A stretch of DNA of 64,000 nt. Source: Nageia nagi (Eukaryota; Plantae; Pinophyta). Of the stretch, positions 25,860 through 37,112 are shown in pieces. The stretch is taken from NCBI GenBank assembly GCA_050084985.1, contig JBITNC010000001.1, positions 2,170,001 through 2,234,000 on the forward strand, read 5' to 3'. Position numbers and translations under genes: made by a program. The notes below the pieces were generated by a model. It worked only from the letters and a program-made list of their open reading frames with translations. It was not told the origin of the DNA and searched no databases. The stretch's first letter is position 1, and every line of letters begins with the position of its first letter.

Positions 25860-27925
25860 AGTCTCTTATTGTCCACTTGTGGACAATCATCTCTGATTCC
25901 TTGCAAAGTATGTGTCTTCCCATCAATTTGGAAACTCATTGTGAGTTTTTGATAGTTGGTGTGGATATCATCCAATTCAAATAGCCACTGCACTCCTAGA
26001 ATGATATGAGGATGTCCCTTCAAAGGATAATTGTAGAAGTCCTCTCTCACCATACAACTCTGCAACCTCACACCAAACCTCTCAATGATATGGTCTACCA
26101 ACATGAGCTTCCCATTGGCATTGGAAACCTTGAATCCCTAAAACCCCTTGGTCTTCAGGTTTCTCTTCTCAGCAAAGTGTGCATCAATGAAGTTGTGGGA
26201 TACTCTTGGATCAATTAAGACCATCACATCTTGTCCTTTTGCCTATCTCATGATTTTTAGAGTAAGATACTTCTTTACCCCATGCAATGAAGCAATCATG
26301 CTTCCCAATGTACCCTCGACCCAAGGTGAAGCCTGATCTAGGGTATCTACCCCAATCTCTAGATCTTAATCATCTGATTCGCCCTCTGAAAACAAGTCTA
26401 TGTAATGTACTTGCCCTTTACCTTGGCCATGGTGTCCTGGCTCCCAAGTCTTCTTGCAGTAGAAGCATTTTCCTTCTTCTGTTAGCTTCCTTCGTGTGGC
26501 TGCATCCAATTGATTTGTCTTAGGTGGTGGGAAGGGTTTGGCTTTGCTAGGCCCTTATTTATCCGTAATCGGCTTCCGATTGACAGACCCCCTGTATGTT
26601 TGCCCTCCCTTGAGGGATTTCATCATGGCGTCAAGGTCGTATGTTGCCCGAATGCTCAATGAAGAGGAATACCAATCATTCCTTAGGAATATGGTGGATT
26701 ATGATGGCACTTCTTTGAAACTCTGTCACATAATCGTCCATTGTCCCTAGCTGGCTCAACGATGTAAGATCCCAAAAGTAGTCATTTTCCTTCTTCCTAT
26801 CAAATCGCTTGACCAATTGTTTGGCAAACTCATCAAAAGAGGTAATGAGAGAATACCCTTGCCTGATCACCCCATGCTGCTACCACTCCAAGGCATCCCC
26901 CTCAAAATGCAAAGATGCAAAATGAATCGCATCCTCCTCCATCATGTTAGGGCTTAGGGTGAAATAGGTTTGCAATTGACGTAACCATGCCCTAGCCGTC
27001 ATCTTCTTTCCATCAAACATCTGCACCTGCATCTTACTGATATTATGCTGCAGGTCCTTCTTTTCATCTCCCAAACTATTGAAATTGCATGGGCCATGTA
27101 AATTGCTTCCCTACAACCCTAAGATCTCCAGGTCACTGTTGAAGTTCACATCTCTCCTCAACCCCAGATCCAACATGGACTATTCTTTGAAGATTTGATT
27201 CAACTCCAAAGGGCCAATAACCGTACTTTTTGTCACCTCCCTAGACTTCTACGCAAACATGTGTTTGGATGGCTTTTGAATAACCAGTTGCTCCTCCATT
27301 CTGCCAACATCCTCACCTAGGTACCTCCCTAGGAGATGGTTTGTACCCTAGGGTGCTCGGTGTGAGTGGAACCTCAAAAATGTTGCCTCTGGACACCCCA
27401 TCGACCCATGGTGAGTTGATTCCCGATCCCTCAAACTTCAAGATCTACTCATGCTCAGCTCCTGATCTGCTCGATCCTCTTGAGATAGCTCCTCTTTGTC
27501 ATCTCTGGTATGACGTGGGGCCTCTATCATCTCGGGTTTGATGTGGGGCCTTTGTCATCCTTGGTGTGGCGTGGGTTCTCCCTATCATCCCTAGTGTGAC
27601 GTCCAGGGGTATTCTGCCTCTCCGGCTCCTCTTGAACACCTAGATTCCTGTTCAACTGTTGTTGCATAGTAGTGACCTCTCCGGTCATGTTGTGAATGGC
27701 CGAAATGAGTTCATCAAACTTCTGTTCGGGGGTGGATACCTGAATCGGAGTCAAACTCCTCTTGGCAGTCCATGGTCCCTCTTTCTGTACCTCTCCCTCA
27801 TCCTCGAATGCTCTTGCATTCTGTATTTCATCCATCCAGGGCCTTTGGTCCTCCTCTTGGACAACTCTAGAAGGCGCCTTCTCGGTGTGTGATCTTCCCC
27901 TTTTCTTAGTAGATGCCATTCCTCT
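25860..27925 (-). pseudogene. Gypsy gag-protease, disrupted
   Basis: ORF pieces 27527-27991, 26880-27074, 26676-26870 and 25661-26104 with retrotransposon gag and aspartic-protease motifs, broken by stops and frameshifts. Confidence 0.8.
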
Positions 27926-28401
27926 TTGAGTGCAGGATCTGGTATAGTAACGATGTACTGTAGGTCTCATGCACAAGTTGGCTAGATCCAAGCTCTGATA
28001 CCACTTGTGATGATAAAAAAATGCAACTTAAAACAAAATCAACAAATTCAATTACAATAACCCTGACATCAAGTCTAGGGCATCAACCATATGCATTTAA
28101 AATCTCTAATTGCCAATGTTAGGGTTAGATCATCAATAATCAACATGCCCAACACCAAACACACCCATGACTGGCTAATACATGCAATATACAATAGATA
28201 ACATCCCATAATGCCATCGTCTGATAATTACAAGCATGAACAAAATTAGCAATCCAACACATGCATAAATGGATAGATGCAAGACAAGTATGAGATCCGA
28301 ATGCCCTTGGTAGTATACAAATGATATGAAATGGCAATGATACAAAACCAAGCCCAAGGAGGTTGATGTTGGCCTCTTAGGAGCCAAGTAGGGCACAACA
28401 C

Positions 28402-28890
28402 TGTTAGAATTTGTAATGAAATATTATGAATATCTAAACTCCTTGTAAATTCAATTAATCACTTAAGGGTATGTAGATACCTTAAGAGATTAATAGAATT
28501 CTTTAATATGTAGACTTTGACTTTACCAAAGGAGTTAGTTGGTAGGTTGAAGTTTGGTGGTACATTTAATGTAACCCTAACCTTACCCTTGGGTTAAAGG
28601 AAGGTTAGGGAGGTGCTCTCAACCTATAAATAGAGGGCCTCTCCTCATGTAAACATATCTAAGTTTTGAGTAAGATTACTCTACTTGGTTGTGTAGGAGA
28701 GAGCTAGAGAATAGTTGTAAGAGAGACATAGATTTGAGAATAAGAGAACTAGTTGTGGATGTACTCCCAAGGAGGGAGGAACCACATTATATTGATGTGT
28801 TATCTTGAGTGATTGTGTTATCTTGTGTACACATGAGTTTCCTAGTCTAAGGTCCTAGAGGATTTGTTTAGATCTAGTTCAAATCCTTCA
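28402..28890 (+). repeat. Copia 5' LTR (TATA box CCTATAAATAG ~28623)
   Basis: Direct repeat of 36624-37112. Confidence 0.97.
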
Positions 28891-29560
28891 TTTGGTATCA
28901 GAGCCAGGTTGTGGAAGCTCTTTTGGTGTGGAAGCTACATCTTGGAAGTGCTTCATCCTTCTCAAATTTGGAGATCTTAATTCTTCATTGTGAGGTAAAA
29001 GGTTTGCAAAGGTATAACCTTCTATTCTTCTTTAACTAAGTTCATTATGATACTAATCTTTTGTATGATTATGTTAGCTCAATGGCTTAGCAATACCATA
29101 ATATATTTTTTGCTATTCTCTTCTTACTAACAATATTTTATGTTAGTAATCTATTTTTAATGTACAAAGAAATTTTTTTTTCTTTTGAGCAAAAATATAT
29201 TATGATAGCATCTTATTGAAAAGTTTTTACAATAGTCTTTTGTGAAAAATATCAGAAAAGGAGGAAGGTGCAATTTTTTTTAATATTTTATTGTTGAAAT
29301 AAAGAGGAGGACAATTTTCTTTAAGGGCACAATAATATATTTAAATGATACCATATATATATATATATATTTTATTTTTTATTTAAAATATAGTAAAAAA
29401 AAAATATACATATATATATATTTTTATTTTAAATTTGTTTTGAATACTCAAAACTGTTTAAAATAAAAATCAAATAAATATAAAATGTTTATATTTAAAT
29501 CGAGAGGGGTAAGGGCAATTTAATTGTCATTAATCAAAACTAATACAAATTTATTTCAAC

Positions 29561-30520
29561 GAGGGGGGGGGGGTCCACGCGCGCGCAGCCTCTGCACTGC
29601 GCTCCTCCACCACCCCGCGCGCGCGCGCGCGGCCACCTCCCACTGCGCGGCCACCGTGCGACCACCTCCTCGCGCGCCCAGCAGCCCTCCTCTCTGGTGG
29701 CTACGCCCCCGCGACCACCTCCGCCTCCGCCTCCGCCCCCGAACGCGACCTCTGGTGGCTCTGCTCCGCACCACCGCGCGCCCCTCTGCCTCCTCCGCCC
29801 TCGTGATGTCGTCGCCTCCTCCCTGCTGCCCAACCCGCGCGCCACTGCTTCTCCTTTCCCGCGGCACCACTCCTCCCGCCTCCACCGCGTTCATCACTGA
29901 CTGGCCTGCACTGGACGCTCGTTTCTGCATGGTGTGGCCCTCATTGTTTCTCCTGACAATTTTCCTTGCATGTCTGATTCCACTGCGACTTGTTTGCCTG
30001 CTCCAGACCCTGTTTCATGGACTGCAATGATCGCAGGATAGGCATACGCCCTGTTTTACCCCAGATCCGGAAGAGGCAGTCGTAAGAGGCAGCTGGCAGC
30101 GACAGTCCCGTCTTGTTTCCTGCCATGGTCGACGGCTCTGCGTGCACGTTGTTTGCAGGAGCTGCTGATACCGCCACAGTTTCATGTCATACGGTTGCCA
30201 TGCTCACCGAATACCCCATGCACCCCTGTAGCACGCTTCCGAAAACGCATCCGAGGGACGAAGAGCACTCCAACACCTACGTTGAAAGCATGGTGCAGAC
30301 AACGTTCGTGGCCTCTCCTCGTCTGCATGTTGTTTACTGCGCCGCCTTGCCTTGACCCTTCTACTCTCATTCCTCCCTCGCCGACCTGTCTTCACGACTT
30401 GGGTGGTCCACAGCCGCCCCACGCGACCTCCACCGCCTTACGTGACCTCCTCGCCGACTTTGGCCCCTGCCACCTCTGCCCAGCCTCCTCTTCCTCCTTC
30501 CCTGGTCCAGGTTGATGGCT
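29561..30520. other. GC/CpG-rich island in the copia 5' leader containing PPR-like remnants
   Basis: Abrupt composition shift from AT-rich flanks. 30012-30044 reads VSWTAMIAG*A. Confidence 0.75.
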
Positions 30521-30932
30521 ACCAAAACCTTGCAAGTCTTCTTAGTCCCCTTAAATGCCTTTTTTTTTTTTTTTTGTTGACCACCTACATCTTTGCACTT
30601 CCCACAAGCAACGTATCTTTTGGTGGAAGACCAAAGGGGGTTCATATTTTTTCCACCTACTAAGCCTTTAATGATTATTGACTTAGGAATTTTTTTTTAG
30701 TCCATAAGGTAGACACAAGCATTACCAAGCATTTAAAATAGGGGTATGGGTCTCCTATTGCCATTTGCACACTTATTCTTAGGAGTACTTAGACTATTTC
30801 TCATATTTTCCTCCACATTGCATGTTTTAATTTAAATGCATATGCACTCTCTAAGCATGGTTACAAGGGATAAAACTTTAAATTTTATCTAGATGTTGCA
30901 TATGATGCATGTATCTTATTTGAAGAATAAAA

Positions 30933-31082
30933 TATGCTTAGGACTTAAATTTTTAATGCATGATGCATGCTTACTTAAATTTTTAAGTCATGATACAATG
31001 CATGTTATGAATACTAAGTATGCTTAGGACTTCAATTTTTAATGCATGATGCATGCTTACTTAAATTTTTAAGTCGTGATAT
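30933..31082 (+). repeat. Two ~62-bp direct repeats (period 86 bp) in the copia leader
   Basis: TATGCTTAGGACTT(A/C)AATTTTTAATGCATGATGCATGCTTACTTAAATTTTTAAGTC(A/G)TGATA at 30933 and 31019. Confidence 0.85.
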
Positions 31083-31876
31083 ACTAAGTAGGACTTAGTT
31101 CCTTGTTTAATTCATTAAGTGCTTGAATTAAGTGAGAAAAATATGAACAATGTAAAAGTCCTTTAGGGGTTAGAACAAAACCCATTGGACTCAATTTTTT
31201 GGCCTCTTAAGGTTTCAAGTTCGTGTGGATGGAGTATTTTTCACCTTACTTTATATTTTTTGCACATTTGCTTATACTTGCAATACGCAAAAATTTGAAA
31301 AGTAACCCCTAAAATGAATACATCCGCACGTATTTTCCACAACATGACTTGTTTGGGGAGCCATGAGGTGAGGATAGGGCAGACTGGAGCCCTTTTAGTC
31401 CGAAGAACCGAGTGGTGGTAAGTCCGTCTTAATTGCCCCTAAGACCTCTGTTGGATTGGACATAACTCTATTAGGTGGACAGGCATGTGTGTAGTGATAC
31501 CACATGTCCGCACGTCCATTCAGGGATTATCCTGATAACCTAGGAGGAAAACTGAAACCCTTAATCAAGATAATTAAAATGGCCGGTCCAAGATACGTCG
31601 GATCCTTGGAAAATAGTAGGTACTTCTCCTTGTGAGAGTATATCACTGACCAAGGTGAACTGGTTGAGGACTGGTAGTACCTGGGCTCCACCTTGCGGGC
31701 ATCCAGGTGAAGGCCTAATTCTATACAAGAAAACAACCCCAACTTTATCCTTCTATGGATCGTGGTTAATGAGTTTACACATGTGGGACATGTTTTCTTA
31801 TTAGATGTTTTATATGTATAGATGAAAAATTGTAAAAGTTTACATTCTTATTGCATATTTATTGTTTTTTGTAGCA

Positions 31877-34800
31877 ATGGTTGAAACCTTCGTTCCCAAG
31901 CACATACTCGATGGTTCCAACTTTGGAATATGGGAACCTCGTATGAAAGCCGAGTTACAAGCAAGAAAGCTGTGGCAGACAGTTAGTGAAGATGCGGTTG
32001 CTCCTACCGATGAGAAGGCTCTTGAAGTATACAACTCAAAGAATGAGTTAGCAACTTCTATGATTTACCGTGCAGTTTCAGATGATGTTCTTCTCATGAT
32101 TTCTTCATCAACTTCAGCAAAGGAAGCTTGGGATAGGTTAAAGAAAATCTACCTTGGGTCCAAATTTTCAAGGAGGTTTACCATTCTACAAAAGTTGTTG
32201 CAGTATCGACAAAGTGAAGATGAAAGTGCCTCCATCTACTTAAACAAAATCATTGACCTCAGGACACAACTGGTTGGTTGTGGGTGCAACTGGATCAATG
32301 ATGAGTTCATGGTCTTCATCATTCTACAAAGCCTTACTACAAAGTTCAGCAACTTTGTCACAATTATGGAAACAAGGCTCGATGATGAAGAAGATGTCAT
32401 CTCACTTGATAACCTTTCAAGACTTCTTCTAAAGCATGAGGAAACTTTGAACAAGAAAATGTTGAACCTTTCTCCAAAGGACCATAGCATTGCTCTAGGA
32501 GCAATCAAAACTCCTTTCAAGAAAAAGTTCAAATATTACAAATTCAAAGACAACAAGTCCTCATCTACCTTCAGCAAGTATGACAAAAAGGGCAACAACA
32601 ACAACAATCATGGCAACTACAGGCACAGAAATGATAAAGCAGGATCCAACAATCCAACACCTCAGGAAAAGTTTGATGGGAATTGTAACTTCTGTGGCAT
32701 CTTTGGGCACAAAGAGTATGATTGTCGCAAAAAGAAATTTGCTCAAAAAGGAAAGGGAAATGCAAATATGAGAAATTTCAATAATAAAAAGAAGAACAAG
32801 CATGCTGCTTCTGTTGCCTACTACTCAATGACTCAAACTATTTCAAATGATTGGATTGTTGATACAGGATGCACTAATCACATGTGTTATGAAAAAGATA
32901 AGTTTGAAAACTTTCATAAGTACAAAAAGGATGCAGTTGTGATAGGTGATAATACAGTCCTTGATGTTCACGGAATAGGGAGTGTGAAGATTCATGAAAA
33001 GGCTCTTGATAATGTCTTTTATGTGCCTAAACTAAGGATGAATCTCATCTCCGTGATTCAAATTACAAGGAAAGGATGCTCATTTGAGTTTACCTCACAC
33101 TCTTGGTGTGTTAAGAAAGGACTTGCCACTTTGATGAAAGGATCAGTAAAGAATGACCTTTATATTGTGGATCAAGTACCTTCAAAGATTTGTCTTGCTA
33201 CAAATGTTTGTTCAAAAGGTAATCTTTGGCATCAACGATTAGGACACCTTAACCACAAGAGTATTCAAGCTATGAAAACTCAAGAACTTGTGGAAGGTTT
33301 ACCTAATATTTCACCCACAGTTGGTCTTTGTGAAAGGTGCATTCTGGAAAGATGCATAGGCAAAAGTTTGAAAAAGATAAGGCAACTCGGGCTACTTGTC
33401 CTCTTCAGCTTGTGCATTCAGATTTGATGGTCCTTTTCAGACTAAGTCACTAGGTGGAGCTTCTTATGTTCTGACCTTCATTGATGACTTCAGTAGGATG
33501 ACATTTGGTTATCTACTTGAGCACAAGGATCAAACTTTTGACAGGTTTCAAGACTTCAAGGCACTTGTTGAAAATCAAACTGATTTTAAGATCAAAATGC
33601 TGAGATCGGACAATGGGGGTGAATATAATAGCAATGAGTTTAACAACTTTTGTGTTAAACACGGGATTAAGCGACAATTCACAATCCCATACACCCCTCA
33701 GCAAAATGGAGTTGCTGAAAGGAAGAATCGCACCATTAAGAAATGGCAAGATGCATGTTGGGTAACCTTCCTAGTTTCTTATGGGGCGAAGCTGTTCACA
33801 CTGCTATTCACACCCTAAATAGGTGTCCTACTAAGGCAGTTGAAGGTAAAACTCCATATGAAGCATGGACAGAAAGAAACCTAACCTCTCACACTTCAGA
33901 ATCTTCGGTTGTGATGCATTTGCCTTCATTACCTCAGAGAAAAGAAAGAAGCTAGATAAACGATCAGAAAAATGCATCTTTGTGAGGTATGATAATCAGC
34001 ATAGAGGTTACAGGCTCTACTCTTCATCCCAGAAAATAGTCTTTGTTTCTAGGGATGTTAAGTTCAATGAACTTTCTGAGGATACCACCTGTCATGCTGA
34101 AGTATCTGATACAGATGATTCTTCGCCTACACCTAACTGGTTGGATGAGCATGTAGAGAAGTCACCACAAGAGCAAAATTCTCCAACACAGAGAATTACA
34201 AGAAGTATGACCTTGAATAAATCCTTATTTGCCAAAATTGATAATATGCATGAGCCATCCACCTTCAAAGAAGCTTCCAAGCAAGAGTGTTGGATGGAAG
34301 CTATGAAAGTTGAGTATGAGGCTCTCATGAAAAATGAAACTTGAGATTTGGTTCCTTATCCCAATGAGAAAAATGTGATTGGTAATAAATGGATATACAA
34401 GGTCAAGTACAATTCTGATGGAAACATTGAAAAATACAAGGCAAGATTAGTGGCCAAAGGATTCGCTCAGAAATATGGTATTGATTATGAGGAAACCTTT
34501 GCTCCTGTAGCCAAGATGCCTACTGTCAGAATAATTCTTGCTCTTTCTGCAGGTCAAGGATGGAAAGCTTTTCAACTTGATGTCAAAAGTGCATTTCTCA
34601 ATGGGGACTTGGATGTTGAAATCTACATGAATCAACCAGAAGGATTTATTCCAGAAGGAAAAGAGTCTCTTGTGTGTAAGCTAAAGAAGTCTTTGTATGG
34701 ACTTAAGCAAGCACCTAGAGCATGGTACAAGAAAATTTCAGGATTCTTTGCAGATATTGGTTTTTCCAAGTGCTTCTCAGATTCAGATCTATATGTACTC

Positions 34801-35799
34801 AATCAAGGACAAGACGTGGTCATAATTCTCCTTTATGTGGATGATCTTCTCATAACAGGCAATAATATTGAAATCATCCAAGAGTGCATCTCCAAACTCA
34901 AGGCAACATTTGAAATGACTGATCTAGGTCTATTGCATTACTATCTTGGGATGCAAGTATACCAACACAAAGATTGTACTTATCTTAGTCAATCTAAGTA
35001 TATATCAGACATCTTGCAAAAGTTTGGAATGGAAGAGTGTAAATATGCTGCCATACCTGTTTCTCCTGGAATCGTTGTCTCACTGAGCTCAGATTCTCAG
35101 TTGGCTGATGCTATAGCTTATAGACAATTGATTGGTAGTCTTCTGTATCTGACTATCTCTCGACCTGATATTGCCTTTGCAGTGAATCTGATGGCACGAT
35201 TCATGCAAAAACCATATGTTGAACACCTCAATGCTGTTAAGCAAATCTTGAGGTATGTCGCAGGGACAAAGGATCTTGCTCTTAAGTATTCCCAAGTGCC
35301 CTCGATTGTTCTCTCAGGGTTCTCAGATTCTGATTATGGGGGAGATAGAGATGATAGAAAATCAACCTCTGCATATGTGTTTAGCATTGGTTCAGGTGCT
35401 ATCTCTTGGGCTTCCAAGAAGCAACCTACTGTGACTCTTTCTACCACCGAAGCCGAATATCGAGCCATGTCTGTTGCCGCCCAAGAAGCTATTTGGCTAA
35501 GACATCTTCTGAACGAAATTGGGTATAAGCAAAATGGCCCATCTCTTATTTCGTCAGATAATCAATCGGCTATCTCTTTGGCTAAGAATCCTGTGTTCCA
35601 TCAGCGAACCAAACATGTAGAAATCCAAGCTCATTTTATCAGGGAGAAGGTTCTAGATGACATCATACACTTGCAGTATTGTCCATCTACTGACAACTCC
35701 GCTGATTTGTTCACCAAGCCCCTTCCTGAAGCTCAGTTCTGCAAGCTTAGGGATTCTCTAGGATTGGTGAAGTTGCCCTCAAGGGGGAGTGAAGTTTAA
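31877..35799 (+). pseudogene. Copia gag-pol polyprotein with four 1-nt frameshifts and one in-frame stop as assembled
   Basis: Zinc knuckle CNFCGIFGHKEYDC, protease WIVDTGCTNH, LWHQRLGH, integrase FIDDFSR/LRSDNGGEY/QQNGVAER, RT LDVKSAFL/LYGLKQAPRAW/LYVDD, RNase H DSDYGG/EAEY/ADLFTK. Breaks at ~33345, ~33430, ~33740, ~33872, and TGA at 34342-34344. Confidence 0.95.
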
Positions 35800-35860
35800 A
35801 CTTTTGTTAGTGATGACAACTTCACCTCTAAGAGGCCTTTTTTGATTGTACATTCTAGAC

Positions 35861-36136
35861 CTCCGTGGTAAGTTTGCTCTGCGTGACAAACTTGTTGTAC
35901 AAATTGTTGTTATAGAGTGTTGATTATTTTATACCTCAGTGGTAAGTTTGCTCTGCGTGACAAACTTGTACATTTTATACTCCGTGGTGAGTTTGCTCTG
36001 CGTGAGAAACTTATTGTACAAATTTTGAGCATGTAATTTAATATACCTCCGTGGTAAGTTCGCTCTGCGTGACGAACTTGTTTTACATTCTATACCTCCA
36101 TGGTGAGTTTGCTCTGCGTGAGAAACTCGTTGTACA
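35861..36136 (+). repeat. Five ~40-bp hairpin-forming repeats in the copia 3' UTR
   Basis: CTCCGTGGT(A/G)AGTT(T/C)GCTCTGCGTGA(C/G)(A/G)AACT at 35861, 35935, 35980, 36047 and 36096, separated by AT-rich linkers of unequal length. Confidence 0.9.
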
Positions 36137-36623
36137 ATTTTTATGCTCTATTTTTAAAATCAACACATGTCTAATACAACAGGTGACTATGAGTAATGGC
36201 TTGGCATCTCCGTGATGGCTTATAGTGCACCATTGATCAGTTATTTATAAGATGGCATTATTTGATTCTCTTATTTGAATATATGATGCATCTAACTGAT
36301 TTTGTTCATGAGTTGCTTGTAGCATGCATGATCTTCTTTAGAAATGCAGGTTACTCACCTTGTGAAAGCAAGCTCATGGAGACTCACATGTCAGCTTAAA
36401 GTTGATCGACTACTATGTACAGTGAAACCAGTTGTGGTTAATGATTGTATTGTAAACCATTTTTGTCAAATGGTAATGTAGTGAGTCTCATACTAGTTCT
36501 CAAAAAGATTCTCAAAATATGTAAAAGTTCTCATCTCCACTTGTATCTCTATGGAGGAGAACTCTCTCTTACTCTCTCTCTTCTCTCTTCTACGCTCTAT
36601 CCCAATATTGCATTAAGGGGGAG

Positions 36624-37112
36624 TGTTAGAATTTGTAATGAAATATTATGAATATCTAAACTCCTTGTAAATTCAATTAATCACTTAAGGGTATGTAGAT
36701 ACCTTAAGAGATTAATAGAATTCTGTAATATGTAGACTTTGACTTTACCAAAGGAGTTAGTTGGTAGGTTGAAGTTTGGTGGTACATTTAATGTAACCCT
36801 AACCTTACCCTTGGGTTAAAGGAAGGTTAGGGAGGTGCTCTCAACCTATAAATAGAGGGCCTCTCCTCATGTAAACATATCTAAGTTTTGAGTAAGATTA
36901 CTCTACTTGGTTGTGTAGGAGAGAGCTAGAGAATAGTTGTAAGAGAGACATAGATTTGAGAATAAGAGAACTAGTTGTGGATGTACTCCCAAGGAGGGAG
37001 GAACCACATTATATTGATGTGTTATCTTGAGTGATTGTGTTATCTTGTGTACACATGAGTTTCCTAGTCTAAGGTCCTAGAGGATTTGTTTAAATCTAGT
37101 TCAAATCCTTCA
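36624..37112 (+). repeat. Copia 3' LTR
   Basis: Direct repeat of 28402-28890, followed by TSD AACAC. Confidence 0.97.

Larger units (their letters stand above)
28402..37112 (+). mobile_element. Full-length, young Ty1/copia LTR retrotransposon (8711 bp)
   Basis: 489-bp LTRs (28402-28890, 36624-37112) with TG...CA ends and 2 mismatches by eye. TSD AACAC. PBS TGGTATCAGAGCC 28893-28905, PPT AAGGGGGAG 36615-36623. Domain order gag-PR-INT-RT-RH. Confidence 0.97.

Noticed and set aside
28570-28612. Telomeric repeats (AACCCTAA / GGTTAGGG)
   Set aside because: Single telo-box-like motifs within the copia LTR, not an array.
29524-30663. Many overlapping ORFs on both strands as real genes
   Set aside because: They arise from high GC and few stop codons, and give low-complexity Pro/Arg/Ala products. 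Only short remnants resemble proteins.
31660-31720. 5S rRNA-derived segment (Cassandra-like)
   Set aside because: Only GTAGTAC and GAAG resemble 5S. There is no extended alignment or A/C boxes.
35861-36136. CRISPR-like repeat-spacer array or hammerhead ribozymes
   Set aside because: Eukaryotic retroelement UTR with no cas genes. Linkers are unequal and AT-rich, and there is no CUGANGA...GAAA core.
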